Notes: generated by a model not told the origin, from the letters alone. 64,000 bases of DNA from Vicugna vicugna (GCA_013265495.1 MU062948.1:434001-498000); one strand, 5' to 3'; numbered from the stretch's first letter, positions 38,149-51,068 are shown. Translations and numbers: made by a program.

Positions 38149-38770
38149 ATATCTGGAAAAGTGGAAAACTCTAATTCGAAAAGNNNNNNNNNNNNNNNNN
38201 NNNNNNNNNNNNNNNNNNNNNNNNNNNNNNNNNNNNNNNNNNNNNNNNNNNNNNNNNNNNNNNNNNNNNNNNNNNNNNNNNNNNNNNNNNNNNNNNNNNN
38301 NNNNNNNNNNNNNNNNNNNNNNNNNNNNNNNATTGGAATATTACTCAATCATAAAAATAATGTCATTTGCAGCAACATGGATGGACCTAAAGATTATCAT
38401 ACTAAGTGAAGTCAGAGAAAGACAAATATCATATGATATCACTTATATGTGGAACCCAAAAAAATGATACAAATGAACCTACTTAAAAACACAAAGAGAC
38501 TCACAGACATAGAAAACAAACTTACGGTTAGCAAAGGGGAAAAGAGGGTACAGAAGAACAAATTAGGAGTTTGGGATTAACACATACACTACTATATATA
38601 ACACAGATAAACAACAAGGAGCTACTGTATAGCACAGTGAACTATATTCAATATCTTGCAATATCCTATAAAGGAAAAGAATCTAAAAAAGATTATATAT
38701 ATGTATAAACTGAATCACTTTGCTGTACACCTGAAATATTGTAAATCAACTATACTTCAATAAAAAAAAA
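38149..38770 (+). mobile_element. Cetartiodactyla-type L1 3' end (5'-truncated)
   Basis: atatctggaaaagtggaaaactctaattcgaaaag (ORF2 end), gcagcaacatggatggacctaaagattatcatactaagtgaagtc, ...gtaaatcaactatacttcaataaaaaaaaa. Confidence 0.9.
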
Positions 38771-38778
38771 GAAGTGGA

Positions 38779-40543
38779 TAAAAGTGTCACTATATGCTGA
38801 CGACATGTTACTATATATAAGAAACCCTAAAAGATCCACACAAAAACTACTAGAGCTGATCAAAGAATTCAGCAAGGTAGCAGGTTACAAGATTAAAGTT
38901 CAAAAATCAGTTGCATTTCTTTACACTAACAAGGAATCAGAAAAAGAAAGTAAAGAAACACTCCCCTTTAAAATATTACCCAAAGTAATAAAATACCTAG
39001 GAATAAATCTAACCAAGGAGGTGAAAGAATTATACACAGAAAACTATAANNNNNNNNNNNNNNNNNNNNNNNNNNNNNNNNNNNNNNNNNNNNNNNNNNN
39101 NNNNNNNNNNNNNNNNNNNNNNNNNNNNNNNNNNNNNNNNNNNNNNNNNNNNNNNNNNNNNNNNNNNNNNNNNNNNNNNNNNNNNNNNNNNNNNNNNNNT
39201 TTCACAGAACTAGAACAAATCATAATAAAATTTATATGGAAGCATCAAAGACTTAGAATTGCCAAAGCATTACTGAAGAGAAAGAAAGAGGCTGGAGGAA
39301 TAACTCTCCCAGACTTCAGACAATACTACAGAGCTACAGTCATCAAGACAGCATGGTATTGGTACAAAAATAGACATATAGACCAATGGAACAGAATAGA
39401 CAGCACAGAAATGAACCCACAAACTTTTGGTCAACTAATCTTCAACAAAGGAGGCAAGAATATACAATGGAATAAAGACAGTCTCTTCAGCAAATGGTGT
39501 TGGGAAAACTGGACAGCAGCATGTAAATCAGTGAAGCTAGAACACTCCCTTACACCATAAAAGGGATCAAAGACTTAAAGACAAGATACAATAAACCTCC
39601 TAGAAGAAAATACAGGCAAAACATTATCTGACATACAAGTCAAAAATGTTCTCCTAGAACAGTCTACCCAAGAAATAGAAATAAAAGAAAAGCAAAAAAA
39701 ATGCTCAATATCAATAATTATCAGAGAAATGCAAATCAAAACTATAATGAGGTATCACCTCACACCAGTCAGGATGGCCATCATNNNNNNNNNNNNNNNN
39801 NNNNNNNNNNNNNNNNNNNNNNNNNNNNNNNNNNNNNNNNNNNNNNNNNNNNNNNNNNNNNNNNNNNNNNNNNNNNNNNNNNNNNNNNNNNNNNNNNNNN
39901 NNNNNNNNNNNNNNNNNNNNTTACCATATGATCCAGGAATCCCGCTCCTGGGCATACATCCAGAAGGAACCCTACTTCAAAATGACACCTGCACTCCAAT
40001 GTNNNNNNNNNNNNNNNNNNNNNNNNNNNNNNNNNNNNNNNNNNNNNNNNNNNNNNNNNNNNNNNNNNNNNNNNNNNNNNNNNNNNNNNNNNNNNNNNNN
40101 NNNNNNNNNNNNNNNNNNNNNNNNNNNNNNNNNNNNNAGCAACATGGATGCTCCTGGAGAATGTCATTCTAAGTGAAGTAAGCCAGAAAGAGAAAGAAAA
40201 ATACCATATGAGATCGCTCATATGTGGAATCTAAAAAAAACCCAACCAAACAAAACATAAATACAAAACAGAAATAGGCTCATAGACATAGAATACACAC
40301 TTGTGGTTGCCAAGGGGGCGGGGGGTGGAAAGGGACAGACTGGAATTTCAAAATGTAGAATAGATAAACAAGATTATACTGTATAGCAACAGGGAAATAT
40401 ATACAACATCTTATGGTAGCTCACAGAGAAAAAATTGTGACAATGAGTACATATATGTTCATGTATAACTGAAAAATTATGCTCTACACTGGAATTTGAC
40501 ACATTGTAAAATGATTATAAATCAAAAAAAAAGTTAAAAAAAC
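38779..40543 (+). mobile_element. Young camelid L1, 5'-truncated, 13-bp TSD
   Basis: TSD AAAAAGAAGTGGA at 38766-38778 and 40544-40556; ORF2 3' part, G-rich 3' UTR tract at ~40313-40333, A-tail. Confidence 0.92.
38784..39560 (+). pseudogene. L1 ORF2 reverse-transcriptase C-terminal fragment (truncated, non-functional)
   Basis: SLYADDMLLYIRNPK...KVAGYKI...KYLGINLTKEVK...[35 protein letters not shown]; stop and deletions follow. Confidence 0.95.
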
Positions 40544-41049
40544 AAAAAGAAGTGGAGTTGCTAGGATAAAAGATAAACATATTTAAAAAAATTTTTTTGA
40601 TATGTATTTCCAGGTTGACCTCTGTAAGTGTTAACATATGGTAACATATCCACCAACACTACTGAGGCTATCTGCTTCCCCTCACTGCCTACTAAGTACA
40701 AGAAAAAACTATGACTTACTTTAAATTACATTTTTAAGACTCATGAATGCATGAATGAGGCAAACTACATTTTCTTTGGTGGGGGCTATCAGTATTCTTC
40801 TGTAGTTGTTGTTGGTACTGTTTCTGCTAGGGTGTACTCATGGGATCCTGAGGAAATCAGACCCTTAGCTTGTATCTGGACATTTTTTTACCAAGACGGA
40901 GATCTTTTCATTGTTGACTTCCAACTGTCTGGGGAAAACGGACCAGTGACCATAAGACTCAGGGGTCGGTTGCAATCATTCCTTCATTAATTCAGGGCAG
41001 CTCATTCATTTAGTCTTTCATTCACTTAGAAATTATTCCTGTAGTAATC

Positions 41050-41700
41050 CACTGCTGTGGTTTACTCATTAATCATTTTTTCAAGGAGTTATTGAGCATC
41101 TGCTGCCTATGAAATGCCAGATCCCCCGGGGGAACTCTGGGAAATCTGCTGTAGTGATTATTCTTCCTGCCTAATGGGGATATCAGTCCCATAAATGGTG
41201 CCTCAGGAATCTGGAGGCAGCAGGGTGGGAAGAACGGTGGGAGAGGCTGTGATCCGGGAAGTCCCAGAGGTGGCATTAGAGGGTCAGTATGTTGGGTATG
41301 GAAAGATGGAGAAAGGGTCCCAGCAGGGAAGCAGAATAAGAGAAGAGAAAATGTCACAGGAGGAAAAAATGATACAAACAGAGACAACAGTGGGAGCTTT
41401 AGGGTGGCACGAGGTTGGCCGGAGCAAAGGTGCTTCTCAAAAGCGATTACAGGGAGATAATATGGGACTGGTTTAGCGGTCTGTGTCTGTTGTGCTAATG
41501 CAAGTGGACTTTCCACTGTAACCACCCTGGGGCTAGGAGAGGGCGGAGCTGTGCTTTAGGAAGATTATTCCAGCAGCAGCGGGGAGGACGTACTGGAAGG
41601 AATGAGACAGAGGCGGAAACTTCAGTGGAGGCTGTCGCAACAGCACAAGTGAAGGGTGAGGAGAGCCTGAGCTACTGAAATGAACACTGGGCTAGGAGCT
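41050..41700 (-). mobile_element. L2 fragment
   Basis: ttattgagcatctgctgcc...ctgtgctttaggaagattattccagcagc...ggaggctgtcgcaacagcacaagtg. Confidence 0.65.
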
Positions 41701-43267
41701 GGGAAGCCGGGCTCCACTTCTCACTCAGCTATCAGGGAGCTGCCTTCAGAAAGGTCAGAAGATCCAACTCTCAAACAGCACTGACCCACACTCAGTTTCC
41801 CTGCACAAATCCCCAGCTCTTTGTGGAACGTCCGCTGGCCTCAGGGTGCTCCACAAGGCGTGGGGCAAACAGCGAGAGGGCACAAGCGCCGGCACAGAGG
41901 AAGGCAGCAGGGGTGAAGGCAAGACTGTGCACGAAATTGTTGAAGAAATGAGCTGTGAAGATACTGTCTTTTTCCTCCTTCATTCGTTTTGACAGCTGCC
42001 AAGCAATTCCATCTTACGAGTGCTCTGTAATTTATTTACCTACTTCCTGGCGAATGAACATTTGCAATTTTTTGTTATAAACACTGTTGCCATGGAACTC
42101 TTTTGTGCACTGAATCTTAAGGATGGGTGAGGGCATTTCTGTATTGCAGTTTCCCGGTGGTGGAAGAGTGTGTGTACTTTAGATTTTGATAGCTTGTGCT
42201 GAACTGCCCTCCCCACAGGCTCCTCTTTATTATTCCATGACTAAAGGGAGTTGAGGGAAGTTGTGTCACTTGCCCCAGGGATGTATCAATGATAATTTGA
42301 GCCCGGTCAGTCTTCAAACCTCTATTCTCTCCACTACTTTACGCTATAAATTTCTGAAGCGCTTTTCATTGTGACTCTCAGATGTTTATTTTTCGCTCCC
42401 TCACCCCATAGCAACCAGCAAGAAAAACCTCACAAAGAAAGGGACTTAGGTACCTATTTGGGAGGCAGAAAAGNNNNNNNNNNNNNNNNNGGGAGGGCTA
42501 AGGTTCCACTGCAGAATTGGCAAGGGGAGGGGGACAGGGCAATTCCCCAAGACAGGAGCTGGGGGCGGGGGCAGTAGCTTAAATGCGGTGAGTCAGTGTT
42601 GTGACCCAGCCTGAGAGGGAGCCCTGGAGGCTTCCGGGGAGAACTAGCAAGTGCCCAGACAGTCTGCATCATCATCCATAAAAACTTTTGATGAGGGGCT
42701 GTTAGCGCTGCACCCTTCCTATCAACTGAATTACCTTGGGTCCTTATGACATCTCTGCCCAAAGGGGTGGTGATGAGGAGTGCTGGTGTCAAAAGTCGCT
42801 TTCCTGAGTCCCATGGGATTCAGTGACACTTCCTGGCTTCTCTCCCTTTCCGCTTCTGCTCGACTCCCCGAATCTTCCACACTCCATCCTAATGGAGACT
42901 TGAATTGACAATGCACAAAGCTGGGGGCTTCTCACAGGGAAATTCAGTCTCCCTTGCTGCCTGCCGTATGCTGTGCAGTGTCAGAGGCTGGGCTGGAGTC
43001 AGAGAGCCAGGGCTCAAATCCTGGACCTTTGTCTTTAGAATCTCTGACAAGTGATTCAACTTCTCATCATCCGCAATGTACTGAGTCATGTGGTTACTGT
43101 GAGGGTTACGTGAAATCATCATGGTTTTTCATTTTCCAGACTCCCCAGGTTGCCTAGGTGATGGCTTCTGACATTTGGCACAAAGGTGAGTGAGGGTAAA
43201 AGTAATGACAGCATTGGAGGGATGCTGACCACATGCTAGGCAGAGTTCTAAGTCTTTACATGGATTA

Positions 43268-43775
43268 TATTAGCTGGCTATTGCTCTGTTACAAACTGCC
43301 CCAAAACTTAAGCAATAGATATGAAACATTATTTTATTTTACTCACAGTTTTTGTGGATCAGGTGTCTAGGAGCTGCTTAGGTGGGTGGTTCCGGCTCCA
43401 GGTCTCTCATGAGGTTGCAGCCAAGGTGTCAGCTGTGGCTATGTCATTTGAAGGATTGACTGGGGCTGGAGGATCCACTTCTAGGACAATTCCCTCACGT
43501 GTCTGGTTCGTTGGCACTGGTTGCTGGCAGAAGGCCTCAGCTCCTTGCCATGTAGACCTCTCCAGAGGTCTGCTTAAGTGTCCTTCTGACTTGGCAGCTG
43601 GCTTCCCCTAGAGTGAGTGCTCCAAGAGAGCTGGAAGCTGCAACATCTTTTATGGCCTAGTCCTCGACATCACACTCTATCATTTCCACTGGATCCATCC
43701 AGTGTGGGGACTGGACAAGGACCTGAGTACCAAAAAGTGAGGATCACTGGGGCCATCTTGGAGGCCGGCTATGCA
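43268..43775 (-). mobile_element. MLT1F/G-type MaLR solo LTR
   Basis: tattagctggctattgctctgttacaaactgccccaaaactta...ggaggatccacttc...ggggccatcttggaggccggct. Confidence 0.85.
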
Positions 43776-44903
43776 TGTATCCACTCATTTAACCCCTGAG
43801 ATGTGCCCGGGGGCTTAGTTAGAAGAAATGGATGAAAAGGGAGGTGCTGGGTGTGGGAAACCCAGATCTCAGAGGTCCTAGGGGCAGCGCTCCATGACAG
43901 CACCAGCAAAGTGAGCATGGTGTTTGTCCAATGGCAGTGATGTCTCCAGTGGAGAAGCCCAGTCAGGGCATTTCATGAATTGTCCCTGGCTGTGTCACTT
44001 CCAAGCTGGAATCTTCGGCCCTACTGGAGATTGAGCTACCAAATACAATATGCTTGACTGTTAAACTAGTTGGAGAGGGTTCCACTACCTGCAATGACTG
44101 TTACAAACAGTTCAGAGCACAGGGGTAGGCTGGATATAGTGAACATGAGAGACATCAGTGTAAAGTGATGATCTGAGCACCACATCGTTTTAGGTTTTAT
44201 TAATGTAAACATGGCACTTAAAATAAAGGAGGTGTGAGTGCATTTCTACTCCCTACTGATCAGAAGACAGTAGGAATATTTCTGGAAGCTACTTTCTTAA
44301 AGAAGGACAGTGACAAATTTGAATGTGCCCAGGGGAGGGAGGCCAAGATGGTGGGGAAAGACAAAACATATTCCTTGAGGCCTAGAGGATGTTTTCTCTG
44401 GAGAAGACAGTGAGGGGGCTGTATAAGCTGTTTTCACTTATGTGAAGAACTCTCTTGTGGTATCATGGTGCAGAAGGCTGGACAGACTCAGGTTCAAATT
44501 CTGGTCACCTCCTCTACGTGATCCCGACAAGAGCCCTTGTTTCTCTGAGTCGTTTATAAGACCTGGCACATAGAAAATGCTTAATAGGCCCAGGCCCCCA
44601 GTCTCTTTACTCTCAGTACCAATGAGGGCATGAGAGGCAGACGTGTATTTGGTCTGCATATGGAATACAGGCAGTGAGCGCCTTGTCCTTGGAGGAATCC
44701 CAGCCCAGGCTGGACGATCTCCTGGATCGACTATCCTCATCAAGCCCTACTGGAAGGCTGTGTTCCAAGTTGAGCATGTTATATACAATTTCTCACTTAT
44801 TCCCTACTGGCAAGCTTATGAATTAAGCATTATTATGTCCCTTCTACTGATGGGGAAACCAAGGCTTGTCACAGTTGAAAAGCTTGCTGTTCTATGTGGC
44901 AAC

Positions 44904-45344
44904 TGTCAGAGTCGGAGAGAACGAAAGGAGACAGCTCAACGGCAGAGACGAGTCTGTTTTTGGAAAACATGCAGAGGGGGTCTCCAATTAGACTGGAGCC
45001 TATTTTTCTGAGTACAGGCTTGATTATTTATCCCCATGGGTGGGAGCTGATTGGTGGGTTCTTATGCAAATGAGGGGTCCTGAGCGGTAAGTTTTAATTG
45101 GTGGGTATAGCGAAAGTGCAAGGGGTGTATCTGAAAGAGAGGGGCAGGGATGAACTTTCCCGCCAACAGTCCTCACTCAGGTCTGGGGAGGCCAAAGTGG
45201 TTATGCAGATGAGGTATGCTGAAGGGTAAATGCTGATCGGTGGGTTTTGCAGAAGGCATAAATTGTTGCTTGCAGGTGGCTAGACTTGTCCCGAAATAGC
45301 TGCGAGCAGTGGATTGGCTAAAGGGAAGTTCATCGTGTTTATCA
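44904..45344 (-). mobile_element. Solo LTR (441 bp) inserted into a MIR, 5-bp TSD with one mismatch
   Basis: Minus-strand termini TG...CA (TGATAAAC...CTCTGACA); flanks GCAAC (44899-44903) / GCAAT (45345-45349); octamer at 45064-45071, CCAAT box and TATA-like motif in LTR order. Confidence 0.75.
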
Positions 45345-46595
45345 GCAATGTCACAGTCTGAACCCAGCTTTCTCCGACTCCAAAGCCTGTGCTTGGTACC
45401 TTTCTAAGTCTGCTGGTGCAGGAAGGAGGCGCTGGGGGTAGGAGCAGGGGAGGAAGCATTAGGAAGTACCTGCACAGACGCACTGGAAGACTAAGTCAGA
45501 ACTTTAAGATGCTCTGTTTTCCTTTGGGCTGTGGAACAAAGTTTGTGGTTCAGGCTGTGCTTCAGCCCAGACTCCCAACCCCCTGCAGAACGTCTGGCAC
45601 ACGACTTCAACTTCTCGCTTCTGTCTGCCTGGAAGGCAAGACATGACGCAGGGGCCCAAATGCTCCCTGAATGCCACAGCAGGCCCTCACAGTGGGGCCC
45701 TGGCGGCCAGCATTGTTCCAGCAAGAGAAGCCGGTCCTGGAATCCTTTCTTTTCTGGAGAATTTATATGCAGGACAAAAGGAGCCATTATCCCCAGGGCT
45801 GCCGGGGCTGCTGCCCAGGCCTGTGGCTCAGGTGTCACATGCTGTCCCCATCTCTCAGCCTGCTTTCTCCCTTTGTCTGCGGAACCACAGAGGCTTGGCC
45901 TCTGCTCCCTTCTCTGACACTGCCCCAGCCTTTGCACTCTGCTTTTCTGAAATGAACTTGAATCCTCGGTAGACTGAGAGAGACCAGAGTCAGCTGTGAG
46001 GGTGATGGACCGGGTCGGCTTTGGGATGCTGCCGCCTCTGGCTCCTCACCCTAGCACCTGCCCAGACCTAGGACCTGCCCTGTCCAGGGGACCCTGGCAC
46101 TCTGCCTAGTCAGCAGGCTCCCTCCACTGTGTTCCTGGAGCACCTGGAATTGACTCACTTCAGCTGTCACACGCTATGGGTGATGCAGTATGCTGTGTGC
46201 AAGAGGGGCCTTTTGAACCAACTCCTAACCCTTCCACTTACCAGCTGTGTGATCTCGAGCAAGTCATTTACCCTCCATGGGCCTCAGCTTACTTGCCTAT
46301 GAAATGGGGATGACTAGGCTGCCATCAGGATGACATGAGATCACATCTGTGGTCAGCAGAGCCCCTGGCACTAGTCAGCCCTCCATAGATGTGGCTGTTA
46401 CCATTATTCAACAAAACATGAAGCCAATGCCCTCTGTGTATCGGTATCCAGGCTTGGCTGGGGAGACACAAACAAGAACAAGAGAGACACAGTCTCGCTG
46501 CTAAGAGAGATATGCAATACAGGAACCTGGGAGATCTCACAGCCCCTGGAACACAGGTGGTGGGATAGGCGGGTCACGGTGCTATAGGACCATAC

Positions 46596-46706
46596 CTGGA
46601 GCTGGGAGTGGCCCGAGATGAGAATCTTGTGTCCACGTTGTTGGGAGAGATGCCTGCATTCCATGAAAAGTCTGATCCTCTGTTGGTCCTTCACCTCTGC
46701 TCCTGG
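46596..46706 (-). other. Candidate internal exon (111 nt, frame-preserving)
   Basis: Acceptor ctgttccctgtccacccctgagctctccgcag, donor CAG|GTATGG; two of three frames open. Confidence 0.3.
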
Positions 46707-47115
46707 CTGCGGAGAGCTCAGGGGTGGACAGGGAACAGACTTGCAGCTGGAATGGAGACTCTCTCTTGCTTCATCACATTTTTTGCTTCTCTCCTGGATC
46801 ATTCTTATCAGTGCTCAAAAACACAGGACTATCTCCCAATCTGAAACACAAGAACAGAAATTCTCGAGGCTACACCCACCTATACCCCATGTCTCAGGTT
46901 CCTTTTCTAGAACATTTCCTCCAAAGATTGGCCTGTCCAGACTTAACCTCCTCTCCTCCCACGTTCTCCTTGGTCCTCTCCAATCTCCTTTCAACCTCAC
47001 TAAACTAAACAATGAAGGTCCCCACGATCTCCACTTTGCCCAAACCATTGGAAAATTTTCATTCTCACTTTACTACAGCTTGGCCTGTGATCTGACCAGC
47101 TGATGACTTCCTTCT

Positions 47116-47578
47116 TGTACTAGTTTTCTATGACTACTGTAGCAAATCACTTAACACAACACAAATGTATTATCTGACAGCTCTGTGGGTTGGAAGTCAG
47201 AGTGGGGCGAGGGTTCACTAGGCTAGAATGCAGGCAGGGCTGTGTGCCTGTCTGGAAGTCTAAGGGAGAATCCCGTTCCTTGCCTTTTTCAGATTCTAGA
47301 GGCTTTGAGAGGCTGCTCACATCCCTTAGTCTGTGGCCCCCTTCCTCTATCTCCAAAGCCAGCAACACTGAATTTCAGTGACCATACTTCTGCAGCCACA
47401 GCTCCCTCTGACCTCAGCCAGGGAAGGTTCTCTGCTTTTAACACACTCTTGGATAATACAGAATAATCCTTCCTCAATTAGCTCTGTGATGTCTCTTTGC
47501 CAAGTTAGGTAACATGTTCACAGAGTCCAGGGATTAGGACATGGATGTCTGTCCAGGGCCATTATTCTGCCTACTACA
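47116..47578 (-). mobile_element. MLT1D/E-type MaLR solo LTR
   Basis: tgtactagttttctatgactactgtagcaaat...gggagaatcccgttccttgccttttcagattctagagg...ggccattattctgcctactaca. Confidence 0.85.
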
Positions 47579-47599
47579 TTGATTCTTAAAAATATCTTC

Positions 47600-48775
47600 A
47601 GTTAGCTTCTAGAATGTCATTCTTTCCTCATTCCCCGCTTTTGAAGTGGTTTCAGCCTTTTTACTGGATCTTCCTCCTCATCTTAGCTTTTAAATGCCAG
47701 AGGAACCCAGGGTTCAGCCTCAGACCTCTGTACTCACTTTCTGGGAATCTCACCCAGGCCCCTGGCCCTGCACATGTCCTCGGCTGCTTGTCTCCAGTTC
47801 CAACTTCTCTCCTGAGTTCTAGATTCAAAGACTATCAAGATACTTGCTTGACATCTTTCCTGGCTAACAGACACCTCAAACAACACATCCCAAACTGAAC
47901 TCCGACTTTTACCCAAGTACCTTCTCCCTCCTTAGCGTTCTCATCTTAAGTAAAGGCACCACCTTTCAGCTCAGGCTAAAAGCTAGGAGTCTTTCTTGAG
48001 ACAGTACCCTTTCTTGCAACTCCACTTCCTAGGTAACAATGTCTTGTTGACTATTCCTTCAAAATAAGGCTGGAATCCACTCATTCACCATCAGTGTCAC
48101 CGTCAGCATGCTGGTCCAAGCCACCTCTTCCCACATGGATTACTGCAACAATGTTCTAACTAAAAGCCCTGCTTCTACCTATGTGCCCACCCCCCCACCC
48201 CACCCCCAACACTGATTCCCCACACAGAGTCCAGGGTAAAACCTTTCAAATGGAATCACAGCATCTCTTTCCCTTGCTTGAGCCCTCTGGTGGCAACAGC
48301 TTCCCATTCCTTTGAATAAAATGCAACGTATCTGGCATCTTCTCCTAGTCTGTATGATACCTGAGCCCTGACATCAGCCCAATCTCTTCTCAAGCCCATG
48401 GCCCCCTCATTTTCTGCACCCCAACCTCTTTGCACACCATCATATGCATTGTTGATGCAAAGTGTTTACATGGCTGTTCCTTTGATTGGAAAGCTCTTCT
48501 CGCAGATATCCATGTGGCTACTTCCTCATTGCATTCAGGCCTCCACTCAAACATTAGCTCCTCTGAGAGGACTTTCCTGCATTAACTTCTTTGTAGCACA
48601 TGTATTTATTTGTTTACTATCTCTCTTCCCCACTAGAATATAATCTCCATGAAGGTAGGCGCTCCATTCTCTTGTTCAGTTCTGTACCTGTGCACTTAAA
48701 ACAGAACCTGGCTTGTAGTAAGCACCCAATATATGTTCATTATATGAATGAATGAATGAACGACTGAATGAATGA
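47600..48775 (+). mobile_element. L2 LINE 3' kilobase with (ATGA)n tail
   Basis: cacctcaaacaacacatcccaaactgaactc..., ggattactgcaacaat..., taatctccatgaaggtagg...gaatgaatgaatg. Confidence 0.85.
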
Positions 48776-50334
48776 AAATGGAGACTTCCCTTGGGGAGGA
48801 GTAAGTCAGCCTGGGTGGGGAAGTTTCCCTGTCAGAAATAAGCAGGAGTCAGAGACGGAGGCAAGGCCTCTGAGAGAGGCTGTGTCCATGGCAACAGAGG
48901 CAGGAGGCCCCAAGGCTGCTCTTGGGGGAAGGCCAGAGGAGGCAGGAGAGCTGATGGAGTCTGGGGTTACCCCAGGGGAAGCAGAAAGTCTGTGCCCAGG
49001 CTGGCATCCAGCTCAGACAATGGGACTCATTCCCCTTCCACCTCGTCGCTCTGGCCTTAGCAGACCCAGCAGATGGGCTCGCAGCAGGGACTGGCATCTC
49101 AGCGGGCACAGACTCTGCTCATGCAGGACAACTGCCCGGGCTTCTGCTCTGCAGCCAACACAGGCACCCAGAACCATGGAATCCTGGACAGTAAAGCTCA
49201 AAGGAAAGCAGCAGGTAGAGGGCAGCCCTGCAGCCAGGCTGTCAGTGTGGATACAATAATCATGCTGCTTAGAGTAGAAACAAGAACAGTCAAATCAGAG
49301 CAGCCGGCCAGCCTCTCACTGCGTGCCAGGAACATCACTTAGCTTACCACACCTAATCGTCACAGCAACCCTGCAAGGAAGGGGCTATTAATCCTCATTT
49401 TAAAAATGGGAACTGAAGGCCAGAGAGGTGAAGGGGCTTAACCAAAGCCACAGTCCAGAAGTGCTGGAACTGGGATTCAATGAATGCCCCTTCTCCTCCA
49501 GTTCCTCTTTTGTGCCCAGTACACGAATCCCTGTGGGGTAATCAGGCAAGGGGCTCCACCTGCCTCCTCTCCTTAGGCTGCTTATCGGACAAACCGTTTT
49601 TTCCCTTGCAGTGTTCCACTGCATGTCCTGTCCTTTGTGTGCTGTTGATTCTGGGCCATTTTGGAATCCTATTTTGGTTGCTATTTTGGTAATGAATACA
49701 CATCATTAATTCTTTTGACGAACGTCTCCGGAGCCCCTGCTCTGTGCCAGGTGGGCAGTGATGAATAATAACAACCCCAATGCTTGCTGAGAAGCGTTTC
49801 TTCCGTGCCAGGCTCTGTTCTATGTGCTCTGCATGTATAGACCCTTTCAGTTCTCACAGCGACCCTCTATGGTGGGAAATGCTGTTGCTTCCATTTTTCA
49901 GATGAGAAGCCTGAGATACACCAGGTTAGTGAGTGGCAGCGCTGGGATAGAAACCATAATCAGCCGTCTCCTAAACTCTCCATCACTGGTCCATACCACA
50001 CAATAAGGTCCAAGAGAGAAACAGAGGCTCGAACGCAGGGCTGTGGGGGTGCAACGGAGGGAGTATCACATTTAGTGGAGGGGACACGTGAGTAGACAGT
50101 GAAGAACGGCATGGATTTCACCGGGTAGAAGAGACAAGGACATTCAAGACAGTGACAAAAGTCCGGACAAAAGCGCAGAGGCCTTAAAGTACCAATTAGC
50201 TTCATACACGCGATGGCTTCTAAACGCCTATAAGGTAAGAACAGAGTTTACCTTTGTTTCGCAACAAATATTTGTTGAATTCTTTAAAAATTAAGTATTT
50301 CCTCTGACTTGGCTCCTAGTTTTTGAGCAAGAAA

Positions 50335-50531
50335 AGAAGAGCACGACGTCGAGCGCCTGCTATGCGCCACGCCAGACCACGGGAGCACGTCAATCAACCC
50401 TGGGGACGCGCGTGCGCGGTGAGCACTGACGTCACTGTTCAGACGCGAGACTGTGGCGCAAACAGGAAGTGCAGCACTGCGCCTCGCTCTCACTTCTGTC
50501 CAGCTTCCAAACTCATTTCTTCCGCACTTAC
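50335..50531. promoter_or_regulatory. Small CpG-rich promoter-like element
   Basis: Only strong CpG cluster in the window; palindromic CRE TGACGTCA 50427-50434, TGACGTG on minus strand at ~50386-50392, NRF1-like CGCGCGTGCGCG ~50407-50418, ETS CAGGAAGT 50463-50470. Confidence 0.6.
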
Positions 50532-51068
50532 TGAGGCGGGAAGCCCCATAAAAAGACAGGCAGGACCCCTAGTCAGGGCCGTTGCTCTCCTCCCAGCACC
50601 GTCCGGTTCCCTGGCCCAGAGGCTTTATCTCACTTTTTGCCTCTAAAGCGGCTAACTTACACCTAGAATTATATTGGTTCCCTGAGCTCACTTTCCTTTA
50701 CTGCTGATTGGTTATTACTCTCACTTCTGATTGGTTATTACTCTCACTTCTGATTGGTCCACTTCCCTAACTTCTGATTGGTCCATTTGTAGTACTTCAT
50801 TTGCATGGAGCTCATTCCTGATTGGTCTATTTCTATGAAGCTTGTTCCTGGTTGGTCAACTTCTGTTGTACTTTATTTGCATATGATGTTGCAAAGTGTA
50901 AAACTGGCAGCCTATAGAAGGCCTGTTTCAACCTACAGCCGGGGTCCAGAGCTTGAAGTGTTAACTTTTGTGGACCTGGTGGCGTAATAAACCTGAGTTC
51001 TCCAACTCTCCGAGTGCTGCTTGGTCTCTCGCCCAGATCCAGCTTGCTGTCACAACTGAGCTGTAACA
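50532..51068 (+). mobile_element. ERV1-like (MER51/MER57-like) solo LTR with tandem CCAAT array
   Basis: Starts TGAGGCGGGAAG, ends CTGAGCTGTAACA; repeated CTGATTGG boxes, TATAGAA ~50913, AATAAA ~50986; no clean TSD seen. Confidence 0.75.

Noticed and set aside
40780-40926. Minus-strand acceptor (ccgttttccccag) with protein-like NVQIQAKGLISSGSHEYTLAETVPTTTTEEY
   Set aside because: An in-frame TAA precedes the peptide, all frames close, and I recognise no homolog; at most a non-coding exon.
45389-45972. Cluster of overlapping 85-148 aa ORFs on both strands
   Set aside because: Expected in GC-richer stop-poor sequence; no recognisable domain.
50454-50470. TGGCGCAAACAGGAAG resembling a tRNA-Lys primer-binding site
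   Set aside because: It is not preceded by an LTR CA terminus and lies upstream of the LTR; the ETS motif explains part of it.
50704-50773. 23-bp direct repeats superficially like a CRISPR array
   Set aside because: Head-to-tail tandem units without unique spacers, inside an LTR U3 in mammalian DNA.
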